DNA of 63,506 nucleotides, counting the filler, from Octopus bimaculoides (lineage: Eukaryota): NCBI RefSeq assembly GCF_001194135.2. It is 5 parts of 5 records of this genome, joined end to end, with 100 filler letters (N's around TTAATTAATTAA, not from the genome) between each part and the next. Parts side by side here need not be neighbours in the genome. Positions count along the whole stretch, not along the records: positions 1 to 28,436 come from NC_068987.1; positions 28,537 to 31,670 come from NC_068988.1; positions 31,771 to 57,572 come from NC_068984.1; 2 more parts are not named here. The stretch is one strand, 5' to 3'. Position numbers and translations under genes: made by a program. Positions 27,331 to 39,276 of the stretch are shown here, in pieces. The stretch's first letter is position 1; each line of letters starts with the position of its first letter. The notes under the pieces were generated by a model. The model was not told the DNA's origin. It saw only the letters and a program-made list of their open reading frames with translations, and did not search any database.

Positions 27331-28237
27331 TTACCACTCCTTTGATATAGAGAAAGACAAAAGGGTAAGATCGGGAAGATAGCTTCAACTTTCACGTTTC
27401 GAATGTAGACAAATACAGCTTGGTAGTTGTAAAAAAATTCATACATATATGTGAATGTTCAGGACACATTGACTAACCTTTAAGTAGTATTACACGTGCA
27501 CACATAAAGATACACACACACACACACATGTATGGATATATATCTATGAATATGTATGTATTTGCGAATATATGTATGTATGTATGTTTGTCTGTGGATT
27601 CCTTTGAGCATGGGGGTATATCAAAACCGGTTCCTTGATTATAACTAGTAGAATTGAGGTGACTACCACCTCATTACATTTCCTTTAGATAAAATAATTA
27701 CTAGACAAAGTACTGAAAATCGATCATACAAGCTAAAACGCTTTAAGAGTTTCCTCAACATGGTTTGCATTCAGCTGACAGGAAAAGTAAGAAAATTAAA
27801 GAATATTGAAGTATCGTTCGAGTACGTAAATACGCTTATATTTCTATGTGTATTCTATTAATGTCTGCGTTTGCAGTATATGGTTAATGAATGTTTACAA
27901 CAAAGCTCCTCTAAATGCTACTTTTAATGATGTATAATTTATCACCTTAAAATAGTTAGAAAGACATTTGTGTAAAAGGACATAAACCATCATTGAAGTG
28001 TAGTGATATATTTGATATATTACATATAACGCTTTTAGAAAATCTAGTAATGAGCTTAGTTGTAGGAAATATGTAAAAAAAACAAAAAAAAAACAAATAA
28101 AGATATAAAAAATTTGGAGATTAATAAATTCAACGAATGCCATTATATTTTCTTTTGAATTCTTCTGTGATATTTACTTCACTTAATCAAGAGCAACTAC
28201 TGAGCAACAACAAAGTATTATATAAATTGTTTTTCAG

Positions 28238-28275
<38 letters not shown>

Positions 28276-28672
28276 TTATTTATTTATGGGTTTCAGCCAA
28301 GTGGCTGTGGTCATGCTGGAGCACCACCGTGATTTTCTGTCTTTATGCTTTGCTCTCTTCACGTTCCTTGCATGGCTCTTCTCCTGCACCTGATATAGTC
28401 CAATCAAGAGTTTTGATGGCACATCTGGTGTATAAGNNNNNNNNNNNNNNNNNNNNNNNNNNNNNNNNNNNNNNNNNNNNTTAATTAATTAANNNNNNNN
28501 NNNNNNNNNNNNNNNNNNNNNNNNNNNNNNNNNNNNAGAGGAGGGAATAAAAGAAGAAATATGACATGAAAAAGGAAGAGAACCAAATATTGAGAATGAA
28601 AATAAGGAAGAAGAAGAATAAAAAGATATTGAAGGTGGTGGTGGTGGGGAGATGGTAGAGGGAAAGGGGAAC

Positions 28673-28703
<31 letters not shown>

Positions 28704-29411
28704 GTTAGAGAGAGGAGGGGAAAAGTGGAGGATGAGAAGGAAGAGGAGGTAGGGAAGAAATAGCTGCCAGTCACTCTAAACATTCCTATTGTGTTTTGAA
28801 TTGTAAATGACTACTATATCTTCTGCCATGACTACTTTCAATGTGTGTGTGTGTGTGTGTGTGTGTGAGTGTGTATCTGTTTGCGCATCAGCATGTGATA
28901 GTATGTAGGTATGTGGGTGTGTGTGTGGGAGTATGTATATATCTATGTACTTATGTATGTATGTAATTATGTATGTATGTATGTATGCATATGTGTATGT
29001 ATGTATGTATATGTGCATGTATGTATGTATGTATGTATGTATGTATGTATGTATGTGTATGTTCTTTCCACAGATATGGTATTACCTTTGTGGGATTCTG
29101 TATGGATGTGAATGGCTTCTGTCTCTACAGAAACTAAAATTTACTGAATTAATCTGCACAGATTTTTGAGTATATATGCATCATGTGTGTGTCTGGAAGA
29201 GAGAGAGAGAGAGAGTGAGAGAGAGAGAAGGAGTGAGAGGAGGGTAGGTAGAGAAAATGAGAGAGAGAGAAAAAGAGAGTACAATTATATGCGTGTTTAT
29301 ATATATGTATATATATATGTATGTACACACACACATAAGTATATGCATACATATACTCTCTCTCCCTCTCTGTCACTGTCTCTGTCTTTGTTTCTGTCTG
29401 TCTCTCTCTCT

Positions 29412-29463
<52 letters not shown>

Positions 29464-29518
29464 NNNNNNNNNNNNNNNNNNNNNNNNNNNNNNNNNNNNN
29501 NNNNNNNNNNNNNNNNNN

Positions 29519-29567
<49 letters not shown>

Positions 29568-29842
29568 ATAGAAAGATAGATATAGATATAGATATACATA
29601 TATATATATATATGTATGCATATGTAGACATCCACGTTACCTTTGCATATGCATGTTCTTGCGTACAGATGCAGGTGGCTGCTTTCTTTACTGCCAGAAA
29701 AATCAAAAACCTAATGAAATAAACTTAACCAAAATTCTTGCATGTGAGTCTGTCTGTGCTTGCTTCTTTGCATACGTTGAGTGTTGTAGTTTTTGTTGTT
29801 ATTGTTGCTGTTGTCTTTGCTGTTGTTGTTGTTTTATTGATG

Positions 29843-30026
29843 TTATTTAGCTCAGGTCAATGCTGACAGAGAAGAGGAGATCTATGATATCTGCCATTAC
29901 AATATCATTCACCTTTAGAATGTTTTATGAGAATCAACCCCAATATATACCTGGTACATTATTTTACTGTAATGGAAGACATCATAGCTCTCCCCTTCTC
30001 TGTCAGCATTGACCTGAACCAAATAA
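29843..30026. mobile_element. MITE-like foldback (59-bp arms, 66-bp spacer)
   Basis: 29843-29901 is the reverse complement of 29968-30026 with 6 mismatches. Confidence 0.7.
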
Positions 30027-30469
30027 AATAATGAAAAAACCAGTGGTTGACGTTGGTAGGATTTGATCTTTGAACATAAAGACCCAAGACTTAATACAAT
30101 CAAATGCATTTATTCAATGCTTCTTCAAAATTCCCCAACGCTACTCCTGACCCACCCACCCTCCTTTGTCCTCCATGGCTCTGTCACTGTTCCCTTTCCT
30201 CTATTCTTGTGTTGTTTTATTCTGTTTCCTGTGCTTGCTCCTTCTGGCTTCCATTGCTGTCTTTACCGGGCTGACATGTCTGCTCTCTGTTGCCTCTTTT
30301 ACACTTTTCTGACAAGTTGTGATGCCCCTGAGCACTGCTTGCGATAAACTCATCATTTCATTCTTTTGGATTTGATAAAATACATACCAGTTATACACTG
30401 AGGTCGATGGAATTAACTAGCTCCCTCCCGCTAAAATTTCAAGCCTTATATCTGTATTAGAAAAGATTG

Positions 30470-30664
30470 GTGACAGAATTGTTTGCATGGTGGACAAAAT
30501 GCTTCATGGTATTTTGTCCATTGCTATGTTCTGAGTTCAAATTCTGCTGAGGTTGACTTTGCCTTTCATCCTTTTGGGGTTGATAAATTAGATACCAGTG
30601 AAACTAGTAATCAACTAGTCCCCCCTCACCACAAATTTCAGGCCTTGTGCATTTAGTAGAAAGG

Positions 30665-30724
<60 letters not shown>

Positions 30725-30725
30725 G
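30470..30725 (+). mobile_element. SINE family A (tail i) with (ATT)n tail, CpG-depleted
   Basis: Aligns to family A with essentially every CG read as TG; ends AGAAAGGATTATT(ATT)n. Confidence 0.85.
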
Positions 30726-30914
30726 TTATTATATCAAATGTATCTTCTTTACTGATGAAGTCATTTATGTATCAACTCTTCAAAGTGTTATGTTCTTTCT
30801 CAAGTCTTGAGAACTTCGCAGAAGCTCATTGCATTGCCGTGTAATGCTTGTTTTGTGGATGGGCTCTAATTTCAATTTTATGCCTACTATTATTATTATT
30901 ATTATTATTATTAT

Positions 30915-31253
30915 TTACTTTTAATTTGCATGTTTGTTACAATCGCTTGCTGAGGCACACCCAGCACCCTAAGGTGAGTGAAGGATAAGAGGTGTTACAG
31001 TATGACTGAATGCTTTGGGAGGGGAAGTGGCAGGGTCAGTAGTGAAATATCTTCATGTAATACAACACGGACATTTAAATGGATAGCGTTTTCCTAAGGA
31101 TGTGGGCAGTATTTGTCAGCACAAACTTTTGGATTTCTATGAGACATGGTTCTCCTGGGATATTATCTAGATGTTTTTGACATCCCTTTCTTATCATACC
31201 TAGAGCACCTACAGTAACAGGTATAGTTCTCACTTAAAGATGCCACATCTTTT
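30915..31253 (-). mobile_element. R4/Dong-type (REL) LINE 3' end, copy 1
   Basis: KMWHL*VRTIPVTVGALGMIRKGCQKHLDNIPGEPCLIEIQKFVLTNTAHILRKTLSI*, then a 3' UTR ending in (TAA)n. Confidence 0.85.
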
Positions 31254-31299
31254 GTATTTCAATTTCCAGTAATAATTTACTTATTTTTATTATTAACAT

Positions 31300-31670
31300 T
31301 ATTATTATTTTATGTTTCACTTTTGTTTTGCATTTGTACAAGTTGGATCCAAGTCTCACCCAGAGACCTCAAGAGACAACAAGTTAGAAGTTCATGTAGG
31401 TGTTATGCCTAGGGTACCATATATTTGGATTTGTACAGTTTTGTTCAAGTGAATGTTTAAGAAGCCATAAGAAAATTATGTGTTTGCTTTAAAATTTGAG
31501 ATCACATAGACAGTATTTTACGTAGGCAGTTCCCATGAGCACTATCTTTTGAACTTCAGCCATTTTGGGGTTTCCTGGTATCTGAGCTAGGTAGTAATCA
31601 GCCCGTTTCGCTGTCATTCCTAGGGCACCTATGACAATAGGTATTGTTTTCGTCTTCAGATTCCACATTT
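31300..31670 (-). mobile_element. R4/Dong-type LINE 3' end, copy 2 (different 3' UTR)
   Basis: MWNLKTKTIPIVIGALGMTAK.ADYYLAQIPGNPKMAEVQKIVLMGTA, then a 3' UTR ending in TAATAATAAT. Confidence 0.85.
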
Positions 31671-31770
31671 NNNNNNNNNNNNNNNNNNNNNNNNNNNNNN
31701 NNNNNNNNNNNNNNTTAATTAATTAANNNNNNNNNNNNNNNNNNNNNNNNNNNNNNNNNNNNNNNNNNNN

Positions 31771-31843
31771 ACTTAATTTGTCGACCCCGAAAGGATGAAA
31801 AGCAAATTCGGTACGCTAACGTTTCTGCCAGCTCACCACCTTC
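31771..31843 (-). mobile_element. Internally deleted SINE family A
   Basis: GTCGACCCCGAAAGGATGAAA joined directly to GCTAACGTTTCTGCCAGCTC. Confidence 0.7.
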
Positions 31844-31861
31844 CGGAACGTTCTTCTGGTA

Positions 31862-32145
31862 TTCTTTTACTTATTTCAATCATTTGACTGTGGCCATGCT
31901 GGAGCACCTCCCTTTAGTCGAAGAAATCGACCCTTGGACTTATTCCCTGTAAGCCTGGTGCTTATTCTATTAGTGACTTCTGCCGAACCGCTAAGTTACG
32001 AGGATACAAGCACACCAACATCGGTTGTCAAGCGATGGTGGTGGGGGACAAACGCAGACACACACACACGCACACGCACACGCACACACACGCGACAGGC
32101 TTCTTTCAGTTTCCGGCTACCAAATCCCCTCACAAGGCTTTGGTC
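31862..32145 (-). mobile_element. SINE B/C lacking its 5' head
   Basis: Reverse match to 11920-12200. Confidence 0.85.
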
Positions 32146-32425
32146 TATAAAGTATAGTATTGAATTTTGCGTAGCTACATGTTGGCAACTTTTCTCCCCA
32201 ACCCTGTCTGTAGTGGGCATTACCCATTTTTCTGGGCTCTTTTCACAGCTACACTCCGTTTGAAATTTGCATTAGATTTTGTATGAAAAAAAAAAAAAAA
32301 AAAAAAAAGAGAAGGAAGTGGAGTTTGTAGTTTGTAGAAAAAACGGTAAACGTACCTGAAAAAAAAAAAACATAGTCTTTACCCACAACTGAAAGACATG
32401 AAGAACTATCAAAGAAGGTGAATAA

Positions 32426-32630
32426 GTACCGAGTAAATTTTCAGATTAACACCCACACAATTACCTAACCCTAACCCTAACCCAAACCCTAACACTAACA
32501 TAACCCTAAACCCTAACCCTAACCCCAAACCCTAACCCTAACCCTAAAACCCTAACCCTGACCCTAAAACCCTAACCCTAACACCCTAGTGAAAATCGTG
32601 TGGGTGTTAATCTGAAAATTTACCAAGTAC
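32426..32630. mobile_element. MITE with ~37-bp TIRs and an internal (CCCTAA)n array
   Basis: Left GTACCGAGTAAATTTTCAGATTAACACCCACACAATT versus right-end reverse complement GTACTTGGTAAATTTTCAGATTAACACCCACACGATT. About 20 degenerate CCCTAA units lie between. Confidence 0.85.
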
Positions 32631-32869
32631 CGTAGGTGGGGGAGAAAGACGGGAGAACTAACACTCGATCCTTCTAGAACTCCCAGAATGGAAACCTAAA
32701 CACCTGAAAGACTTTCCCCTCTATTCATTACTAAATCTCTTTCCCTATTCTTCATTGTTAAAAGTAAATAAAGTAGAAAAAATCGATCGTATTTCAGTCT
32801 AATTGTTATTTTAAATGACTGAGGCTCTCCTTTCCCTGTGTCTATCACTTCACTCCTTTTCTCTACGGT

Positions 32870-33191
32870 TAAGAGCGTGGCTCGGTGGCTAGGGGTATTC
32901 GGTTCATGATCCTAAGGTCATGAGTACGATTCCCGGCAACGCGCTGTGTTCTTGAGCAAGGCACTCTACTTCACCTTACTGCAGTCCACTCAGCTGGCAA
33001 AAATGATTTGTAGCTGTAATTGAAAGGGGTCAGCCTTGTCACATTCTGTGTGAGGATGAATCTCCCTGAGAAGTACATTAATGGTATGCACGTCTGTGGA
33101 GTACTCAGCCACTTGCGCGTTAATTTTACGAGCTGACTGTTCCGTTGATCAGATAAATATGAACCTCGTCGTCGTAACGGACGGAGTGCCA
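32870..33191 (+). mobile_element. Chimeric SINE: tRNA + CORE-like head with family-D 3' half
   Basis: Head TGTGTTCTTGAGCAAGGCACT..CAGCTGG differs from 2450-2640. The 3' ~190 bp (CAGCCTTGTCACA..GACGGAGTGCCA) matches 2660-2826. Confidence 0.8.
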
Positions 33192-33270
33192 TTTTTTAAA
33201 GAGAGTGAAAGGAAAGGAAATGTTCCACATTGTAAGGCAAAAATGTCACGTGTTTAGTTTAAGCAGTGAA

Positions 33271-33430
33271 AGCTTTTTTAGTTTCTGTTTACCAAATCCA
33301 CTCACATGGTTTTGGCCGGCTCATGGATACAGTAGAAGACACGTGATCACAGTGCCGCCATGCAGAGGAACTGAACCTAGAACCATGTGAATTGGGAATC
33401 AAACTTCTTACCACACAAACACGCCCGCGC
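33271..33430 (-). mobile_element. SINE B head fragment
   Basis: Reverse match to 11808-11960. Confidence 0.75.
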
Positions 33431-34075
33431 TTATATATTGAACTAAAAACAACAGAATGGAACTAAATACTACAATTAATTAAGTTTGGCGTTTTACTGT
33501 TTCCAACTCGATGCTTTTGAAATAAAAGTTGGTTTATTTTGACAAGGCGCAAAGAGAGAGGAAAATGCATTAACGTTACAGTATGGTGATACATAACAGC
33601 TCATTTATCTTCAGAACAAGGGTCCCCCAACCTTTTTTGCTTCCATTTACCCCCTGGAAACTTTTTGAAAGCAAATTTACCCCATTTCTGTTTAGTTCAG
33701 TAATTTGAGTTTAAAATTCTACCAAAAGAAAACAACTAACACAGAGGAAATTTAATATACTGTTTTCAAACATCGTTATTTTTAAGTTCAAATGCCTTTT
33801 AAGTTCAAATAACAACAAAAATAATGTAATGTTAGTTCACTTAATTATGAACTAACGATGAACAAATACCAGCTTCAAATACTATCTTCTGAATTAGATA
33901 ACTCCATTAGCACTAACATAGTAATTAAGAAGTATACAAGAGAGATCGTTAAATCCAAAAAAGCAGAAAGAAGAAAAATTATAGTATTTTTTTGTTCACA
34001 AAATAGGCCTACAACAATTTTTTTCTCAACTCCATGTTTTTAAAATTATAGTATAAAAAATGTGTGTACAGATAC

Positions 34076-34417
34076 TGGATTGGATTGCCCATGTTCATCC
34101 CAATGCATGTTCTCTCCACCAAACACTGTCCGATGTTTGGGCTACGAATTTGAGCCTGAGCTCTTCCTGCTTTGATGAGCCTACTCGATCACACTGGCCC
34201 AACCATGGCTTGGCAGGCGAATGCAGTTTGTATACTGAAAGCAAGGAGTAGTTAAATCGATTACATTGACCCTAGAGTTCAACTACTACTTATTATATTC
34301 ACCCCGAAAAGGTGATTAGCAAAGTCGACATTGGCGGAATTTGAACTCAGACCGTAAGGACGGATGAAATTCTGTCAAGCATTTTGCGAAGCGTGTTAAC
34401 GATTCTGCCAGCTTGCC
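34076..34417 (-). mobile_element. SINE family A with extended tail type iii
   Basis: Family-A head/body plus a tail homologous to 7215-7364. Confidence 0.8.
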
Positions 34418-34854
34418 AACTGCATAAATATTGGATTGGCAAATTTATCTCTGGAGGTAAATTTACGTGGTTAACATGCAGTTTAGGGGGTTAGAAAAAG
34501 AAAAATGAAACTAAAGTGGCCGGAAGTGATGACAATGAAACCTCTGCATTGAGAAGTCACAGCTCTGTTACGCGGTCAGAATGTGGAAGGAAATTATCGC
34601 AAGATGGATACTTCAAGCCAAGCCATCAGGTGGAAGACCTAGTGGTGGACCAAGAATGAGATGACTGAGTAATATCCATAGTTTCAGTTGATCACGCTTG
34701 GGAATTCAGTAGGAAAGTATAATGCGGGTTACTTCTGATAGGACCCTATGGAAATGTCTCAGGTCTCTACACTTACGATTCTCCCAGGAATAATAAGTGA
34801 AGTGAAATGGATAGAGTCTGTGTAACGTAATTTATGTAACATATATTTTATATA

Positions 34855-34940
34855 CAGTAATCCCTTGAATATTGGGTGGTGGGTGTTACGTTCCAAAACC
34901 CCCTGTGATAGGTGAAAATCCGCGAAGTAGAAACAGTACA
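34855..34940 (+). mobile_element. Tigger/pogo-like terminal fragment
   Basis: TA|CAGTAATCCC..GTTACGTTCCAAAACCCCC.GATAGGTGAAAATCCGCGAAGTAG resembles Tigger-type ends. Confidence 0.5.
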
Positions 34941-36369
34941 GTACTCTTTCTCTTTTCTCTTTTACTTGACTGCGGCCATGCTGGAGCACCACCTATTAGT
35001 CGAGCAAATCGACCCCAGGACTTATTCTTTTGAAGCCTGGTACTTNNNNNNNNNNNNNNNNNNNNNNNNNNNNNNNNNNNNNNNNNNNNNNNNNNNNNNN
35101 NNNNNNNNNNNNNNNNNNNNNNNNNNNNNNNNNNNNNNNNNNNNNNNNNNNNNNNNNNNNNNNNNTAAATGCAGTAAAAATAGGGCGGGGTCAGTGGGGC
35201 CCCATTTAAACAGCCCTTCAGAAATTGAACCTCCTTACGATACACCCTAGAAGTTCATGGTGTGAAATTCATTGTCATTGTTCCAATTTGGTCGCCAATA
35301 CCATGTATTTAGTTTAAAATGCAGTAAAAATTGGGAGGTCACTGGAGTCTCAATTAGGCGGCCCTTAAAAAATAGACACCCTTTGGACATTCTCTGGGAT
35401 TAGGGGGGTTACTGGTTTGAGTTTAGTTGTCCTTGCACCAACGGTCTAAGAGGAGTTAACGAACATAAAAACGTAATGGACAGAGAAACACCACTCAAAT
35501 TTATATTAAGAAGAAGATAAAATGAAAACTATCATAATAACGTGGGATTGAACCCGAAACACGTTGGTTCCGAAGCGATTTTATTAACCACACAGCTATA
35601 CCTGCACCTATTATTTTCATTTTCTCTTCTACCGTCAAACTCAAGATTTTAAACGAAACATCACTCTATACTCGACATTTTTATTGAATACACAATATTC
35701 AAAAGGCTTTCCGCTTCCCTGTCCCCTTCCCCTCTTTTATCTCATCTCTGTCTCTCTTCCACATCACAGCACAAAGGTCATGGCAATCATAATTAAGTAA
35801 GCATATTGTGGAATCAACGCTATTAAGGATTCAAACTTGGAGCGACCAGAATAAGAAGCATTATCTTGCTACGTTTATTTATCCGACACACCAGTTTGCG
35901 TGTCAATTAATTTCCTTTTCTCTATTTTGATTTTCTTTCTGTGTTCTGAGTTTTCTTTTCTTATTTCATCAAATGTTCACATTGGCCAGTTTATAAACAT
36001 TATCATGTTTAAAAGGCTTTGGTTTTTAACCTCCCAAAACTGAGGGATTGCAACGAAGGATAATAAGACGCATCATGCAATCCATTGAATTGAATGAAGA
36101 ATACGAATATAAATTGGATGCGACTGATGGTCATGTGACTCAAAGGGAGGAATTATATGAATATTAATACGCTACTGTTCGTTTTTCAAAACTGGTCGTT
36201 TGGTACTTTCTACACCTCTCACTTGCAATAATATCGTTATATTCTGGAAATATTTCTGTTTATCTATGACATCTGACTATAAGAAGGAGCCTCTAGATGG
36301 TAATTTGATTCGTTAGAAATAGCAATCAAATCTACTTCAGATCCGACCAAAGCCCTGTAAATGGATTTA

Positions 36370-37627
36370 GTAGGTCATCCCATAAGTTCTGTTCGATTTT
36401 ACCTTTTTTAAAATTCAATGAAATTTAATAGTATTTTAGAATGTCTAATCGAATTCAAAATTATTTTTATGCATTTGTGTACATTTAAACTAGTTAAATA
36501 TTATTTTACAGAATAATAGAATTAAAATTTCTTTGATTAAAACCCTTTCTAACATGGAAGTAACCAAAGATCATTTAAGGCACATAATGCTTTATGAGTA
36601 TAAAAAACGAAACTCTGCAGCCGAAGCGACTCGAAATATATAATCAGTTTATGGGAAAGAGTGCTTGAATGAAAGGACTTGCAGAAGATGGTTTGCAAAA
36701 TTCAGAAGTAGAGATTTCAGCCTTGAAGATGAAGATTGAACAAGATGTCCAGTTGAGTTTGATGATAAGCTCCTTGAGGCATTACTTGAAGAAAACCCTG
36801 CATTATCAGTTGAAGAATTGGCAATAAAGCTTAGTTCAAACCATACAACTGTTCATCGTCATCTTCAACAACTTGGAAAGGTTCCTAAACTTGGAAAATG
36901 GGTGCCTCGTGAATTGTCCGAAAGCAACTGCAAATCCCGAGTTGACGTCTGCTCTTCTCTCCATTCTGGCGAACTCATTTCACCCTTTTTGGATAGACTT
37001 GTGACTGGTAACGAAAAATGGATCTTCTATCAAAATGTTAAATGTCGTAAACAGTGGCTTGGTAAAAGGGAAAAGGCTCAACCATAACCGAGAAGGGAAC
37101 TTCATGGAAAAAAGGTTCTTCTCTCTATCTGGTGGGATTGTAAAGGAGTAATTCACTTTGAATTGTTACCACCTAATGCAACAATCAATGCTCAAGTCTA
37201 CTGTCAGCAATTAGAGCATTTGAACCAGGCTTTGAAGAAAAAAGACCCGCTTTAGTGAATCGGAAAGCAGTGATATTTCATTAGGACAATGCACGACCCC
37301 ACACTGCAAAGATCACATGACAGAAGATCGAAGAGCTTGGTTGGGTAAAAATTCCTCATCCACCTTATTCTCCCGACCTTGCTCCTTCAGACTACCATTT
37401 GTTTTGTAGTTTACAGAATCATTTGGGGGACATAACATTCGCAAGCCAGGAGGAGGTCGAAACTGACATTTCAGAGTTCTTCGCTTTGAAACCAAAAGAG
37501 TTTTACATTGATAGAATTAAAAAGCTTGTAAATAGATGGAAGGAAGTCATAGATAATCAGGGAAAGTACATTGATGATTAAATTTTAATTAAATGTAACA
37601 TTTGATCACTTGTTTTCTTTATTCAAA
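36370..37627 (+). mobile_element. Near full-length mariner element, transposase pseudogene (ATG 36554 to TAA 37581; stops plus one frameshift)
   Basis: MEVTKDHLRHIMLYEY..RRWFAKFR, WVPRELS, VTGNEKW, QDNARPH, PYSPDLAPSDYHLF, QGKYIDD*. Left TIR GGTCATCCCATAAG; right end lost in the gap. Confidence 0.95.
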
Positions 37628-38683
37628 NNNNNNNNNNNNNNNNNNNNNNNNNNNNNNNNNNNNNNNNNNNNNNNNNNNNNNNNNNNNNNNNNNNNNNNNN
37701 NNNNNNNNNNNNNNNNNNNNNNNNNNNNNNNNNNNNNNNNNNNNNNNNNNNNNNNNNNNNNNNNNNNNNNNNNNNNNNNNNNNNNNNNNNNNNNTATATA
37801 TATATATATATATATATATGCGCGCGCGCGCGAGTGTGTGTGTATACGTTTGTGCGTGTGTGTGCTTGTGTGTGTGTGTGTGTGTGTGTTCATCACCACC
37901 GCTTGGCAATTGGTGTTGGTGTGTTTGCATCCTCGTAGCTTAGCGGTTTGGCAAATGAGTTCTATGGAATAAGTTCCAGTCTTAAAATATTTTTTTATAT
38001 TCTGGAAATATTTCTGTTTTGTCTGCGACGCCCAGCTATAAAAAGGTGGTTAGTCAACTTGTTAGAAATGGCAACCAAACCTTTCTCAAATCACCCTCTA
38101 CTCTCTAAACTAAAAAAAGGTACCAGATGATATAATCCTCTGACCACTCCCCTTGTACTGCCAACTCATCTCATCTTCTTCACCATCATGCAGTACATCT
38201 ACCTCTGCCTCCTCCCCCATACTCACACAGCCTGTTCAACCACTCATCATCTCTCTCTCTTTTTCTTTCTCTGTCGCTCTCTTTCTCTCTCCCTCTCATT
38301 CTGCTCCTGTCAACTGCATCGTTATTTCTGCTTTTCTATTCTTCACCCCCGCCATGCATCATTAGCCACCCTCTTATCCTCTTATCATTAAAGTCACCCT
38401 TCAGCCCTATCCAACCTCAACAGTAGCATCTACTTCCGCTACTTATCATCCACTTGTTCTTCATTCATAATATCAGTCACCCCTCATCTCTCACCCTTCC
38501 TTATGCACTTGCTGTTTCTATCCACCCACACTCTCGGTTCTTCTGCTCTCATTTACTTCTACCAACCTTATACCTTACCTACGTTGCCTTTCTTATTTAT
38601 TTGATAAACATTTTCCTCCCACACGCAGGTATAGAAAGTCTTTTTAATTGACACTTAAAGCTTGCTTGATTTGAATATCCAAC

Positions 38684-39010
38684 GTGAAGAATGTTCTTTT
38701 ACACAAGCCCACTACCAGCATTGAGACCAGTTGTTCTTGTAGAGTTACAAGAACGTGCCTGGTCACTGGTTACTGCAACATAGAGGCCGCCGTGTATGAG
38801 ATAGAAATAAGGCTTAGATCGATAAACGCTCTAACGCACTGTATCGGATTGACAGAGAACCCCTTTAAGAAAAGCCTACACTACCACTCTACAGCCTTCT
38901 GTAACTACGAAAAGCAGAACATCACTACACTGGCCAAACACATATGGTGGTTGAGGGAGAAGACTGCAGACTATTACAATAATGTGGCGAATTGGCATAG
39001 TTATTAGAGT
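38684..39010 (+). mobile_element. Penelope-like GIY-YIG endonuclease fragment
   Basis: CSCR...CLVTGYC..AAVYEIEI......CIGLTENPFKK..H..AF..QNITTLAKHIWWLRE matches the PLE pattern CNCR..CPL.G.C..VY..YIG.TE..FK.R..H..T.LSK.IW.LK. Confidence 0.8.
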
Positions 39011-39171
39011 ACTACATAGAATCCATTTACTTTTTCTAAAACTTATATACAATTTACATGTTCGCATACACATGGAAGCACACACGTATAGTGTTCGTGT
39101 TCATCACATCAAAAGTTTATAAGTCTACACACACAAACACACACACACACACACATACACACACGCACATT

Positions 39172-39276
39172 TAGTCTGAAATAGAAGGTGAATGACATCG
39201 TCTCCTCATACCGACAATCTGTGTGCCAATACCGAAAGATCGCTTAAGTTGATGCAATGGAAGTTGATAAGATCCC
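39172..39276 (-). repeat. Uninterrupted copy of the small repeat that hosts the 42686-43092 insertion
   Basis: Its reverse complement equals 42601-42685 joined to 43093-43121, with a single CGATGTCAT. Confidence 0.85.

Noticed and set aside
28437-28536. TTAATTAATTAA embedded in N runs, four times (28481, 31715, 57617, 60676)
   Set aside because: Each is exactly N44 + 12 bp + N44 = 100 bp with stops in all six frames. This is an artificial spacer, and neighbours across it may not be truly adjacent.
32465-32588. Telomeric arrays read as a chromosome end or fusion point
   Set aside because: The arrays are short, degenerate and enclosed by TIRs or inverted arms; better explained as element-borne interstitial repeats.
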